64,000 nucleotides of DNA from the human T2T-CHM13v2.0 reference genome, Homo sapiens. The DNA lies in NCBI RefSeq assembly GCF_009914755.1, contig NC_060936.1. One strand, written 5' to 3'. Positions 1-14,100 of this stretch are shown here, one piece after another. The notes beneath the pieces were generated by a model that saw nothing but the letters and a program-made list of their open reading frames with translations, did no database searches and had not been told where the DNA came from. Position numbers and translations under genes: made by a program. Position 1 is the stretch's first letter; every line of letters starts with the position of its first letter.

Positions 1-293
1 GACTTTACAGACAGAGTGTTTCCAAACTACTCTATGAAAAGAAAGCTTAAACTCCTTGAGTTGAACGCACACATCACAAAGTAGTTTCTGAGAATGATTC
101 TGTCTAGTTTTTATACGAAGATGTTTCCTTTTCTACATTTGGTCTCAAAGCGATTGAAATCTCCAACTGGAAACTGCACAAATAGGCTGCTTCAAATCTG
201 CTCTGTCTAAAGGAAGGTTCAGCTCTGTGAGTTGAATACACACACCACAAATAAGTTACTGAGAATTCTTCTGTCGAACATTACAGGAAGAAA

Positions 294-310
294 TCCCGTT
301 TCCAACGAAG
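294..310 (-). promoter_or_regulatory. CENP-B box (representative copy; one per ~340-bp dimer, about 188 positions in the window)
   Basis: TCCCGTTTCCAACGAAG is the reverse complement of the canonical CTTCGTTGGAAACGGGA, with the core NTTCGNNNNANNCGGGN intact. Confidence 0.97.
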
Positions 311-464
311 GCCTCAAAGAGCTCCAAATATCCACTTGCAGACATTACAAACAGTGTGTTTCCCAACTGCTCCATCAAAAGAAAGGTTAAACTCTGTGAG
401 CTGAACACACACATCAAAAAGAAGTTTCTGTGAATGATTCTGTCTAGATTTTATAAGAAGATGT

Positions 465-481
465 TTCCTTTTCTACCGTAG
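465..481 (+). promoter_or_regulatory. pJ-alpha / A-box-like motif in the non-CENP-B monomer (representative copy)
   Basis: TTCCTTTTCTACCGTAG resembles the pJ-alpha motif (recalled as TTCCTTTTYCACCRTAG) and sits at the position equivalent to the CENP-B box in alternate monomers. Confidence 0.75.
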
Positions 482-3400
482 GCCTCAAAGCGCTTGAAAT
501 CTCCAGCTGCAAATTCCACAAAAAGGGTGTTTAACATCTGCTCTTCTAAAGGAAAGTTCAACTCTATGAGTTGAATACACACAGCACAAAGAAGTTACTG
601 AGACTTCTCCTATCAAACATTATATGAAGAAATCCCGTTTCCAACGAAGGCCTCAAAGAGGTCCAAATATCTGCTTGCAGACTTTACAGACAGAGTGTTT
701 CCAAACTGCTCCATCAAAAGAAAGGTTAAACTCCTTGAGTTGAACACACACATCACAAAGTAGTTTCTGTGAATGATTCTGTCTAGTTTTTATACGAAGA
801 TGTTTCCTTTTCTACCTTTGGTCTCAAAGCGATTGAAATCTCCACATGGAAACTCCACAAAAAGAGTGTTTCAAATCTGCTCTTTCTGAAGGAAGGTTCA
901 ACTCTGTGAGTTGAATACAGACACCACAAATAAGTTACTGAGAATTCTTCTGTGTAACATTATATGAGGAAATCCCGTTTCCAACGAAGGCGTCAAAGAG
1001 GTCCAAATATCCACTTGCAGACTTTACAAAGACAGTGTCTCCAAACTCCTCCATCAAAAGAAAGGTTATACTCTGTGAATTGAACGCACACATCACAAAG
1101 TAGTTTCTGAGAATGATTCTGTCTAGTTTTTATACGAAGATATTTCCTTTTCTACATTTGGCCTAAAAGCGCTTGAAATCTCCACCTGCAAATATCACAA
1201 AAAGAGGGTTTCACATCTGCTCTGTCTAAAGGACAGTTCACCTCTGTGAGTTGAATAGAGGCAACACAAAGAACTTACTCAGTATTCTTCTTTCTAGCAT
1301 TCTATGAAGAAATCCCGTTTCCAACGAAGGCCCCAAAGAGGTCCAAATATCTGCTTGCAGACTTTACAGACAGAGTTTTTCCAAACTGCTCCATCAAAAG
1401 AAAGGTTAAACTGCTTGAGTTGAACACACACATCACAAAGTAGTTTCTGTGAATGATTCTGTCTAGTTTTTATAAGAAGATGTTTCCTTTTCTACCTTTG
1501 GTCTCAAAGCGATTGAAATCTCCACATGGAAACTCCTCATAAAGAGTGTTTCAAATCTGCTCTTTCTGAAGGAAGGTTCAACTCTGTGAGTTGAATACAC
1601 ACACCACAAATAAGTTACTGAGAATTCTTCTGTGTAACATTATATGAGGAAATCCCGTTTCCAACGAAGGCCTCAAAGAGGTCCAAATATCCACTTGCAG
1701 ACTTTACAAAGACAGTGTCTCCAAACTCCTCCATCAAAAGAAAGGTTATACTCTGTGAATTGAACGCACACATCACAAAGTAGTTTCTGAGAATGATTCT
1801 GTCTAGTTTTTATACGAAGATATTTCCTTTTCTACATTTGGCCTAAAAGCGCTTGAAATCTCCACCTGCAAATATCACAAAAAGAGGGTTTCACATCTGC
1901 TCTGTCTAAAGGACAGTTCACCTCTGTGAGTTGAATAGAGGCAACACAAAGAACTTACTCAGTATTCTTCTTTCTAGCGTTCTATGAAGAAATCCCGTTT
2001 CCAACGAAGGCCTCAAAGAGGTCAAATATCTGCTTGCAGACTTTACAGACAGAGTGTTTCCAAACTACTCTATGAAAAGAAAGCTTAAACTCCTTGAGTT
2101 GAACGCACACATCACAAAGTAGTTTCTGAGAATGATTCTGTCTAGTTTTTATACGAAGATGTTTCCCTTTCTACATTTGGTCTCAAAGCGATTGAAATCT
2201 CCAACTGGAAACTGCACAAATAGGCTGTTTGAAATCTGCTCTGTCTAAAAGAAGGTTCAACTCTGTGAGTTGAATACACACACCACAAATAAGTTACTGA
2301 GAATTCTTCTGTCGAACATTACAGGAAGAAATCCCGTTTCCAACGAAGACCTCAAAGAGGTCCAAATATCCACTTGCAGACATTACAAACAGTGTGTTTC
2401 CCAACTGCTCCATCAAAAGAAAGGTTAAACTCTGTGAGCTGAACACACACATCAAAAAGAAGTTTCTGTGAATGATTCTGTCTAGATTTTATAAGAAGAT
2501 GTTTCCTTTTCTACCGTAGGCCTCAAAGCGCTTGAAATCTCCAGCTGCAAATTCCACAAAAAGGGTGTTTAACATCTGCTCTTCTAAAGGAAAGTTCAAC
2601 TCTATGAGTTGAATACACACAGCACAAAGAAGTTACTGAGACTTCTCCTATCAAACATTATATGAAGAAATCCCGTTTCCAACGAGGGCCTCAAAGAGGT
2701 CCAAATATCTGCTTGCAGACTTTACAGACAGAGTGTTTCCAAACTGCTCCATCAAAAGAAAGGTTATACTCCTTGAGTTGAACACACACATCACAAAGTA
2801 GTTTCTGTGAATGATTCTGTCTAGTTTTTATACGAAGATGTTTCCTTTTCTACCTTTGGTCTCAAAGCGATTGAAATCTCCACATGGAAACTCCACAAAA
2901 AGAGTGTTTCAAATCTGCTCTTTCTGAAGGAAGGTTCAACTCTGTGAGTTGAATACACACACCACAAATAAGTTACTGAGAATTCTTCTGTGTAACATTA
3001 TATGAGGAAATCCCGTTTCCAACGAAGGCCTCAAAGAGGTCCAAATATCCACTTGCAGACTTTACAAAGACAGTGTCTCCAAACTCCTCCATCAAAAGAA
3101 AGGTTATACTCTGTGAATTGAACGCACACATCACAAAGTAGTTTCTGAGAATGATTCTGTCTAGTTTTTATACGAAGATATTTCCTTTTCTACATTTGGC
3201 CTAAAAGCGCTTGAAATCTCCACCTGCAAATATCACAAAAAGAGGGTTTCACATCTGCTCTGTCTAAAGGACAGTTCACCTCTGTGAGTTGAATAGAGGC
3301 AACACAAAGAACTTACTCAGTATTCTTCTTTCTAGCATTCTATGAAGAAATCCCGTTTCCAACGAAGGCCTCAAAGAGGTCCAAATATCTGCTTGCAGAC

Positions 3401-6400
3401 TTTACAGACAGAGTTTTTCCAAACTGCTCCATCAAAAGAAAGGTTAAACTCCTTGAGTTGAACACACACATCACAAAGTAGTTTCTGTGAATGATTCTGT
3501 CTAGTTTTTATACGAAGATGTTTCCTTTTCTACCTTTGGTCTCAAAGCGATTGAAATCTCCACATGGAAACTCCACAAAAAGAGTGTTTCAAATCTGCTC
3601 TTTCTGAAGGAAGGTTCAACTCTGTGAGTTGAATACACACACCACAAATAAGTTACTGAGAATTCTTCTGTGTAACATTATATGAGGAAATCCCGTTTCC
3701 AACGAAGGCCTCAAAGAGGTCCAAATATCCACTTGCAGACTTTACAAAGACAGTGTCTCCAAACTCCTCCATCAAAAGAAAGGTTATACTCTGTGAATTG
3801 AACGCACACATCACAAAGTAGTTTCTGAGAATGATTCTGTCTAGTTTTTATAGGAAGATATTTCCTTTTCTACATTTGGCCTAAAAGCGCTTGAAATCTC
3901 CACCTGCAAATATCACAAAAAGAGGGTTTCACATCTGCTCTGTCTAAAGGACAGTTCACCTCTGTGAGTTGAATAGAGGCAACACAAAGAACTTACTCAG
4001 TATTCTTCTTTCTAGCGTTCTATGAAGAAATCCCGTTTCCAACGAAGGCCTCAAAGAGGTCAAATATCTGCTTGCAGACTTTACAGACAGAGTGTTTCCA
4101 AACTACTCTATGAAAAGAAAGCTTAAACTCCTTGAGTTGAACGCACACATCACAAAGTAGTTTCTGAGAATGATTCTGTCTAGTTTTTATACGAAGATGT
4201 TTCCTTTTCTACATTTGGTCTCAAAGCGATTGAAATCTCCAACTGGAAACTGCACAAATAGGCTGCTTCAAATCTGCTCTGTCTAAAGGAAGGTTCAGCT
4301 CTGTGAGTTGAATACACACACCACAAATAAGTTACTGAGAATTCTTCTGTCGAACATTACAGGAAGAAATCCCGTTTCCAACGAAGGCCTCAAAGAGCTC
4401 CAAATATCCACTTGCAGACATTACAAACAGTGTGTTTCCCAACTGCTCCATCAAAAGAAAGGTTAAACTCTGTGAGCTGAACACACACATCAAAAAGAAG
4501 TTTCTGTGAATGATTCTGTCTAGATTTTATAAGAAGATGTTTCCTTTTCTACCGTAGGCCTCAAAGCGCTTGAAATCTCCAGCTGCAAATTCCACAAAAA
4601 GGGTGTTTAACATCTGCTCTTCTAAAGGAAAGTTCAACTCTATGAGTTGAATACACACAGCACAAAGAAGTTACTGAGACTTCTCCTATCAAACATTATA
4701 TGAAGAAATCCCGTTTCCAACGAAGGCCTCAAAGAGGTCCAAATATCTGCTTGCAGACTTTACAGACAGAGTGTTTCCAAACTGCTCCATCAAAAGAAAG
4801 GTTAAACTCCTTGAGTTGAACACACACATCACAAAGTAGTTTCTGTGAATGATTCTGTCTAGTTTTTATACGAAGATGTTTCCTTTTCTACCTTTGGTCT
4901 CAAAGCGATTGAAATCTCCACATGGAAACTCCACAAAAAGAGTGTTTCAAATCTGCTCTTTCTGAAGGAAGGTTCAACTCTGTGAGTTGAATACACACAC
5001 CACAAATAAGTTACTGAGAATTCTTCTGTGTAACATTATATGAGGAAATCCCGTTTCCAACGAAGGCGTCAAAGAGGTCCAAATATCCACTTGCAGACTT
5101 TACAAAGACAGTGTCTCCAAACTCCTCCATCAAAAGAAAGGTTATACTCTGTGAATTGAACGCACACATCACAAAGTAGTTTCTGAGAATGATTCTGTCT
5201 AGTTTTTATACGAAGATATTTCCTTTTCTACATTTGGCCTAAAAGCGCTTGAAATCTCCACCTGCAAATATCACAAAAAGAGGGTTTCACATCTGCTCTG
5301 TCTAAAGGACAGTTCACCTCTGTGAGTTGAATAGAGGCAACACAAAGAACTTACTCAGTATTCTTCTTTCTAGCATTCTATGAAGAAATCCCGTTTCCAA
5401 CGAAGGCCCCAAAGAGGTCCAAATATCTGCTTGCAGACTTTACAGACAGAGTTTTTCCAAACTGCTCCATCAAAAGAAAGGTTAAACTCCTTGAGTTGAA
5501 CACACACATCACAAAGTAGTTTCTGTGAATGATTCTGTCTAGTTTTTATAAGAAGATGTTTCCTTTTCTACCTTTGGTCTCAAAGTGATTAAAATCTCCA
5601 CATGGAAACTCCTCATAAAGAGTGTTTCAAATCTGCTCTTTCTGAAGGAAGGTTCAACTCTGTGAGTTGAATACACACACCACAAATAAGTTACTGAGAA
5701 TTCTTCTGTGTAACATTATATGAGGAAATCCCGTTTCCAACGAAGGCCTCAAAGAGGTCCAAATATCCACTTGCAGACTTTACAAAGACAGTGTCTCCAA
5801 ACTCCTCCATCAAAAGAAAGGTTATACTCTGTGAATTGAACGCACACATCACAAAGTAGTTTCTGAGAATGATTCTGTCTAGTTTTTATACGAAGATATT
5901 TCCTTTTCTACATTTGGCCTAAAAGCGCTTGAAATCTCCACCTGCAAATATCACAAAAAGAGGGTTTCACATCTGCTCTGTCTAAAGGACAGTTCACCTC
6001 TGTGAGTTGAATAGAGGCAACACAAAGAACTTACTCAGTATTCTTCTTTCTAGCGTTCTATGAAGAAATCCCGTTTCCAACGAAGGCCTCAAAGAGGTCA
6101 AATATCTGCTTGCAGACTTTACAGACAGAGTGTTTCCAAACTACTCTATGAAAAGAAAGCTTAAACTCCTTGAGTTGAACGCACACATCACAAAGTAGTT
6201 TCTGAGAATGATTCTGTCTAGTTTTTATACGAAGATGTTTCCTTTTCTACATTTGGTCTCAAAGCGATTGAAAACTCCAACTGGAAACTGCACAAATAGG
6301 CTGTTTCAAATCTGCTCTGTCTAAAGGAAGGTTCAGCTCTGTGAGTTGAATACACACACCACAAATAAGTTACTGAGAATTCTTCTGTCGAACATTACAG

Positions 6401-8152
6401 GAAGAAATCCCGTTTCCAACGAAGGCCTCAAAGAGCTCCAAATATCCACTTGCAGACATTACAAACAGTGTGTTTCCCAACTGCTCCATCAAAAGAAAGG
6501 TTAAACTCTGTGAGCTGAACACACACATCAAAAAGAAGTTTCTGTGAATGATTCTGTCTAGATTTTATAAGAAGATGTTTCCTTTTCTACCGTAGGCCTC
6601 AAAGCGCTTGAAATCTCCAGCTGCAAATTCCACAAAAAGGGTGTTTAACATCTGCTCTTCTAAAGGAAAGTTCAACTCTATGAGTTGAATACACACAGCA
6701 CAAAGAAGTTACTGAGACTTCTCCTATCAAACATTATATGAAGAAATCCCGTTTCCAACGAAGGCCTCAAAGAGGTCCAAATATCTGCTTGCAGACTTTA
6801 CAGACAGAGTGTTTCCAAACTGCTCCATCAAAAGAAAGGTTAAACTCCTTGAGTTGAACACACACATCACAAAGTAGTTTCTGTGAATGATTCTGTCTAG
6901 TTTTTATACGAAGATGTTTCCTTTTCTACCTTTGGTCTCAAAGCGATTGAAATCTCCACATGGAAACTCCACAAAAAGAGTGTTTCAAATCTGCTCTTTC
7001 TGAAGGAAGGTTCAACTCTGTGAGTTGAATACACACACCACAAATAAGTTACTGAGAATTCTTCTGTGTAACATTATATGAGGAAATCCCGTTTCCAACG
7101 AAGGCGTCAAAGAGGTCCAAATATCCACTTGCAGACTTTACAAAGACAGTGTCTCCAAACTCCTCCATCAAAAGAAAGGTTATACTCTGTGAATTGAACG
7201 CACACATCACAAAGTAGTTTCTGAGAATGATTCTGTCTAGTTTTTATACGAAGATATTTCCTTTTCTACATTTGGCCTAAAAGCGCTTGAAATCTCCACC
7301 TGCAAATATCACAAAAAGAGGGTTTCACATCTGCTCTGTCTAAAGGACAGTTCACCTCTGTGAGTTGAATAGAGGCAACACAAAGAACTTACTCAGTATT
7401 CTTCTTTCTAGCATTCTATGAAGAAATCCCGTTTCCAACGAAGGCCCCAAAGAGGTCCAAATATCTGCTTGCAGACTTTACAGACAGAGTTTTTCCAAAC
7501 TGCTCCATCAAAAGAAAGGTTAAACTCCTTGAGTTGAACACACACATCACAAAGTAGTTTCTGTGAATGATTCTGTCTAGTTTTTATAAGAAGATGTTTC
7601 CTTTTCTACCTTTGGTCTCAAAGCGATTGAAATCTCCACATGGAAACTCCTCAAAAAGAGTGTTTCAAATCTGCTCTTTCTGAAGGAAGGTTCAACTCTG
7701 TGAGTTGAATACACACACCACAAATAAGTTACTGAGAATTCTTCTGTGTAACATTATATGAGGAAATCCCGTTTCCAACGAAGGCCTCAAAGAGGTCCAA
7801 ATATCCACTTGCAGACTTTACAAAGACAGTGTCTCCAAACTCCTCCATCAAAAGAAAGGTTATACTCTGTGAATTGAACGCACACATCACAAAGTAGTTT
7901 CTGAGAATGATTCTGTCTAGTTTTTATACGAAGATATTTCCTTTTCTACATTTGGCCTAAAAGCGCTTGAAATCTCCACCTGCAAATATCACAAAAAGAG
8001 GGTTTCACATCTGCTCTGTCTAAAGGACAGTTCACCTCTGTGAGTTGAATAGAGGCAACACAAAGAACTTACTCAGTATTCTTCTTTCTAGCGTTCTATG
8101 AAGAAATCCCGTTTCCAACGAAGGCCTCAAAGAGGTCAAATATCTGCTTGCA

Positions 8153-11100
8153 GACTTTACAGACAGAGTGTTTCCAAACTACTCTATGAAAAGAAAGCTT
8201 AAACTCCTTGAGTTGAACGCACACATCACAAAGTAGTTTCTGAGAATGATTCTGTCTAGTTTTTATACGAAGATGTTTCCTTTTCTACATTTGGTCTCAA
8301 AGCGATTGAAATCTCCAACTGGAAACTGCACAAATAGGCTGTTTCAAATCTGCTCTGTCTAAAGGAAGGGTCAGCTCTGTGAGTTGAATACACACACCAC
8401 AAATAAGTTACTGAGAATTCTTCTGTCGAACATTACAGGAAGAAATCCCGTTTCCAACGAAGGCCTCAAAGAGGTCCAAATATCCACTTGCAGACATTAC
8501 AAACAGTGTGTTTCCAAACTGCTCCATCAAAAGAAAGGTTAAACTCTGTGAGCTGAACACACACATCAAAAAGAAGTTTCTGTGAATGATTCTGTCTAGA
8601 TTTTATAAGAAGATGTTTCCTTTTCTACCGTAGGCCTCAAAGCGCTTGAAATCTCCAGCTGCAAATTCCACAAAAAGGGTGTTTAACATCTGCTCTTCTA
8701 AAGGAAAGTTCAACTCTATGAGTTGAATACACACAGCACAAAGAAGTTACTGAGACTTCTCCTATCAAACATTATATGAAGAAATCCCGTTTCCAACGAG
8801 GGCCTCAAAGAGGTCCAAATATCTGCTTGCAGACTTTACAGACAGAGTGTTTCCAAACTGCTCCATCAAAAGAAAGGTTAAACTCGTTGAGTTGAACACA
8901 CACATCACAAAGTAGTTTCTGTGAATGATTCTGTCTAGTTTTTATACGAAGATGTTTCCTTTTCTACCTTTGGTCTCAAAGCGATTGAAATCTCCACATG
9001 GAAACTCCACAAAAAGAGTGTTTCAAATCTGCTCTTTCTGAAGGAAGGTTCAACTCTGTGAGTTGAATACACACACCACAAATAAGTTACTGAGAATTCT
9101 TCTGTGTAACATTATATGAGGAAATCCCGTTTCCAACGAAGGCCTCAAAGAGGTCCAAATATCCACTTGCAGACTTTACAAAGACAGTGTCTCCAAACTC
9201 CTCCATCAAAAGAAAGGTTATACTCTGTGAATTGAACGCACACATCACAAAGTAGTTTCTGAGAATGATTCTGTCTAGTTTTTATACGAAGATATTTCCT
9301 TTTCTACATTTGGCCTAAAAGCGCTTGAAATCTCCACCTGCAAATATCACAAAAAGAGGGTTTCACATCTGCTCTGTCTAAAGGACAGTTCACCTCTGTG
9401 AGTTGAATAGAGGCAACACAAAGAACTTACTCAGTATTCTTCTTTCTAGCGTTCTATGAAGAAATCCCGTTTCCAACGAAGGCCTCAAAGAGGTCAAATA
9501 TCTGCTTGCAGACTTTACAGACAGAGTGTTTCCAAACTACTCTATGAAAAGAAAGCTTCAACTCCTTCAGTTGAACGCACACATCACAAAGTAGTTTCTG
9601 AGAATGATTCTGTCTAGTTTTTATACGAAGATGTTTCCTTTTCTACATTTGGTCTCAAAGCTCTTGAAATCTCCAACTGGAAACTGCACAAATAGGGTGT
9701 TTCAAATCTGCTCTGTCTAAAGGAAGGTTCAACTCTGTGAGTTGAATACACACACCACAAATAAGTTACTGAGAATTCTTCTGTCGAACATTACTTGAAG
9801 AAATCCCGTTTCCAACGAAGGCCTCAAACAGGTCCAAATATCCACTTGCAGACGTTACAAACAGAGTGTTTCCAAACTGCTCCATCAAAAGAAAGGTTAA
9901 ACTCTGTGAGCTGAACACACACATCAAAAAGAAGTTTCTGTGAATGATTCTGTCTAGATTTTATAAGAAGATGTTTCCTTTTCTACCGTAGGCCTCAAAG
10001 CGCTTGAAATCTCCAGCTGCAAATTCCACAAAAAGGGTGTTTAACATCTGCTCTTCTAAAGGAAAGTTCAACTCTATGAGTTGAATACACACAGCACAAA
10101 GAAGTTACTGAGACTTCTCCTATCAAACATTATATGAAGAAATCCCGTTTCCAACGAAGGCCTCAAAGAGGTCCAAATATCTGCTTGCAGACTTTACAGA
10201 CAGAGTGTTTCCAAACTGCTCCATCAAAAGAAAGGTTAAACTCCTTGAGTTGAACACACACATCACAAAGTAGTTTCTGTGAATGATTCTGTCTAGTTTT
10301 TATACGAAGATGTTTCCTTTTCTACCTTTGTTCTCAAAGCGATTGAAATCTCCACATGGAAACTCCACCAAAAGAGTGTTTCAAATCTGCTCTCTCTGAA
10401 GGAAGGTTCAACTCTGTGAGTTGAATACACACACCACAAATAAGTTACTGAGAATTCTTCTGTGTAACATTATATGAGGAAATCCCGTTTCCAACGAAGG
10501 CCTCAAAGAGGTCCAAATATCCACTTGCAGACTTTACAAAGACAGTGTCTCCAAACTCCTCCATCAAAAGAAAGGTTATACTCTGTGAATTGAACGCACA
10601 CATCACAAAGTAGTTTCTGAGAATGATTCTGTCTAGTTTTTATACGAAGATATTTCCTTTTCTACATTTGGCCTAAAAGCGCTTGAAATCTCCACCTGCA
10701 AATATCACAAAAAGAGGGTTTCACATCTGCTCTGTCTAAAGGACAGTTCACGTCTGTGAGTTGAATAGAGGCAACACAAAGAACTTACTCAGTATTCTTC
10801 TTTCTAGCGTTCTATGAAGAAATCCCGTTTCCAACGAAGGCCTCAAAGAAGTCAAATATCTGCTTGCAGACTTTACAGACACAGTGTTTCCAAACTACTC
10901 TATGAAAAGAAAGCTTAAACTCCTTGAGTTGAACGCACACATCACAATGTAGTTTCTGAGAATGATTCTGTCTAGTTTTTATACGAAGATGTTTCCTTTT
11001 CTACATTTGGTCTCAAAGCGATTGAAATCTCCAACTGGAAACTGCACAAATAGGCTGTTTCAAATCTGCTCTGTCTAAAGGAAGGGTCAGCTCTGTGAGT

Positions 11101-14100
11101 TGAATACACACACCACAAATAAGTTACTGAGAATTCTTCTGTCGAACATTACAGGAAGAAATCCCGTTTCCAACGAAGGCCTCAAAGAGGTCCAAATATC
11201 CACTTGCAGACATTACAAACAGTGTGTTTCCAAACTGCTCCATCAAAAGAAAGGTTAAACTCTGTGAGCTGAACACACACATCAAAAAGAAGTTTCTGTG
11301 AATGATTCTGTCTAGATTTTATAAGAAGATGTTTCCTTTTCTACCGTAGGCCTCAAAGCGCTTGAAATCTCCAGCTGCAAATTCCACAAAAAGGGTGTTT
11401 AACATCTGCTCTTCTAAAGGAAAGTTCAACTCTATGAGTTGAATACACACAGCACAAAGAAGTTACTGAGACTTCTCCTATCAAACATTATATGAAGAAA
11501 TCCCGTTTCCAACGAAGGCCTCAAAGAGGTCCAAATATCTGCTTGCAGACTTTACAGACAGAGTGTTTCCAAACTGCTCCATCAAAAGAAAGGTTAAACT
11601 CCTTGAGTTGAACACACACATCACAAAGTAGTTTCTGTGAATGATTCTGTCTAGTTTTTATACAAAGATGTTTCCTTTTCTACCTTTGGTCTCAAAGCGA
11701 TTGAAATCTCCACATGGAAACTCCACCAAAAGAGTGTTTCAAATCTGCTCTTTCTGAAGGAAGGTTCAACTCTGTGAGTTGAATACACACACCACAAATA
11801 AGTTACTGAGAATTCTTCTGTGTAACATTATATGAGGAAATCCCGTTTCCAACGAAGGCCTCAAAGAGGTCCAAATATCCACTTGCAGACTTTACAAAGA
11901 CAGTGTTTCCAAACTCCTCCATCAAAAGAAAGGTTATACTCTGTGAATTGAACGCACACATCACAAAGTAGTTTCTGAGAATGATTCTGTCCAGTTTTTA
12001 TACGAAGATATTTCCTTTACTACATTTGGCCTAAAAGCGCTTGAAATCTCCACCTGCAAATATCACAAAAAGAGGGTTTCACATCTGCTCTGTCTAAAGG
12101 ACAGTTCACATCTGTGAGTTGAATAGAGGCAACACAAAGAACTTACTCAGTATTCTTCTTTCTAGCATTCTATGAAGAAATCCCGTTTCCAACGAAGGCC
12201 CCAAAGAGGTCCAAATATCTGCTTGCAGACTTTACAGACAGAGTTTTTCGAAACTGCTCCATCAAAAGAAAGGTTAAACTCCTTGAGTTGAACACACACA
12301 TCACAAAGTAGTTTCTGAGAATGATTCTGTCTAGTTTTTATACGAAGATGTTTCCTTTTCTACCTATGGTCTCAAAGCGATTGAAATCTCCACATGGAAA
12401 CTCCACAAAAAGAGTGTTTCAAATCTGCTCTTTGTGAAGGAAGGTTCAACTCTGTGAGTTGAATACACACACCACAAATAAGTTACTGAGAATTCTTCTG
12501 TGTAACATTATATGAGGAAATCCCGTTTCCAACGAAGGCCTCAAAGAGGTCCAAATATCCACTTGCAGACTTTACAAAGACAGTGTCTCCAAACTCCTCC
12601 ATCAAAAGAAAGGTTATACTCTGTGAATTGAACGCACACATCACAAAGTAGTTTCTGAGAATGATTCTGTCTAGTTTTTATACAAAGATATTTCCTTTTC
12701 TACATTTGGCCTAAAAGCGCTTGAAATCTCCACCTGCAAATATCACAAAAAGAGGGTTTCACATCTGCTCTGTCTAAAGGACAGTTCACCTCTGTGAGTT
12801 GAATAGAGGCAACACAAAGAACTTACTCAGTATTCTTCTTTCTAGCGTTCTATGAAGAAATCCCGTTTCCAACGAAGGCCTCAAAGAGGTCAAATATCTG
12901 CTTGCAGACTTTACAGACAGAGTGTTTCCAAACTACTCTATGAAAAGAAAGCTTAAACTCCTTCAGTTGAACGCACACATCACAAAGTAGTTTCTGAGAA
13001 TGATTCTGTCTAGTTTTTATACGAAGATGTTTCCTTTTCTACTTTTGGTCTCAAAGCTCTTGAAATCTCCAACTGGAAAATGCACAAATAGGCTGTTTCA
13101 AATCTGCTCTGTCTAAAGGAAGGTTCAACTCTGTGAGTTGAATACACACACCACAAATAAGTTACTGAGAATTCTTCTGTCGAACATTACTTGAAGAAAT
13201 CCCGTTTCCAACGAAGGCCTCAAACAGGTCCAAATATCCACTTGCAGACGTTACAAACAGAGTGTTTCCAAACTGCTCCATCAAAAGAAAGGTTAAACTC
13301 TGTGAGCTGAACACACACATCAAAAAGAAGTTTCTGTGAATGATTCTGTCTAGATTTTATAAGAAGATGTTTCCTTTTCTACCGTAGGCCTCAAAGCGCT
13401 TGAAATCTCCAGCTGCAAATTCCACAAAAAGGGTGTTTAACATCTGCTCTTCTAAAGGAAAGTTCAACTCTATGAGTTGAATACACACAGCACAAAGAAG
13501 TTACTGAGACTTCTCCTATCAAACATTATATGAAGAAATCCCGTTTCCAACGAAGGCCTCAAAGAGGTCCAAATATCTGCTTGCAGACTTTACAGACAGA
13601 GTGTTTCCAAACTGCTCCATCAAAAGAAAGGTTAAACTCCTTGAGTTGAACACACACATCACAAAGTAGTTTCTGTGAATGATTCTGTCTAGTTTTTATA
13701 CGAAGATGTTTCCTTTTCTACCTTTGGTCTCAAAGCGATTGAAATCTCCACATGGAAACTCCACCAAAAGAGTGTTTCAAATCTGCTCTTTCTGAAGGAA
13801 GGTTCAACTCTGTGAGTTGAATACACACACCACAAATAAGTTACTGAGAATTCTTCTGTGTAACATTATATGAGGAAATCCCGTTTCCAACGAAGGCCTC
13901 AAAGAGGTCCAAATATCCACTTGCAGACTTTACAAAGACAGTGTCTCCAAACTCCTCCATCAAAAGAAAGGTTATACTCTGTGAATTGAACGCACACATC
14001 ACAAAGTAGTTTCTGAGAATGATTCTGTCTAGTTTTTATACGAAGATATTTCCTTTTCTACATTTGGCCTAAAAGCGCTTGAAATCTCCACCTGCAAATA

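Larger units (their letters stand above)
1..8152 (-). repeat. Four canonical 12-mer HOR units (A-B-C-D-C'-D'), 2038 bp each
   Basis: The A-dimer start GACTTTACAGACAGAGTGTTTCCAAACTACTCTATG occurs at 1, 2039, 4077, 6115 and 8153. Confidence 0.93.
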
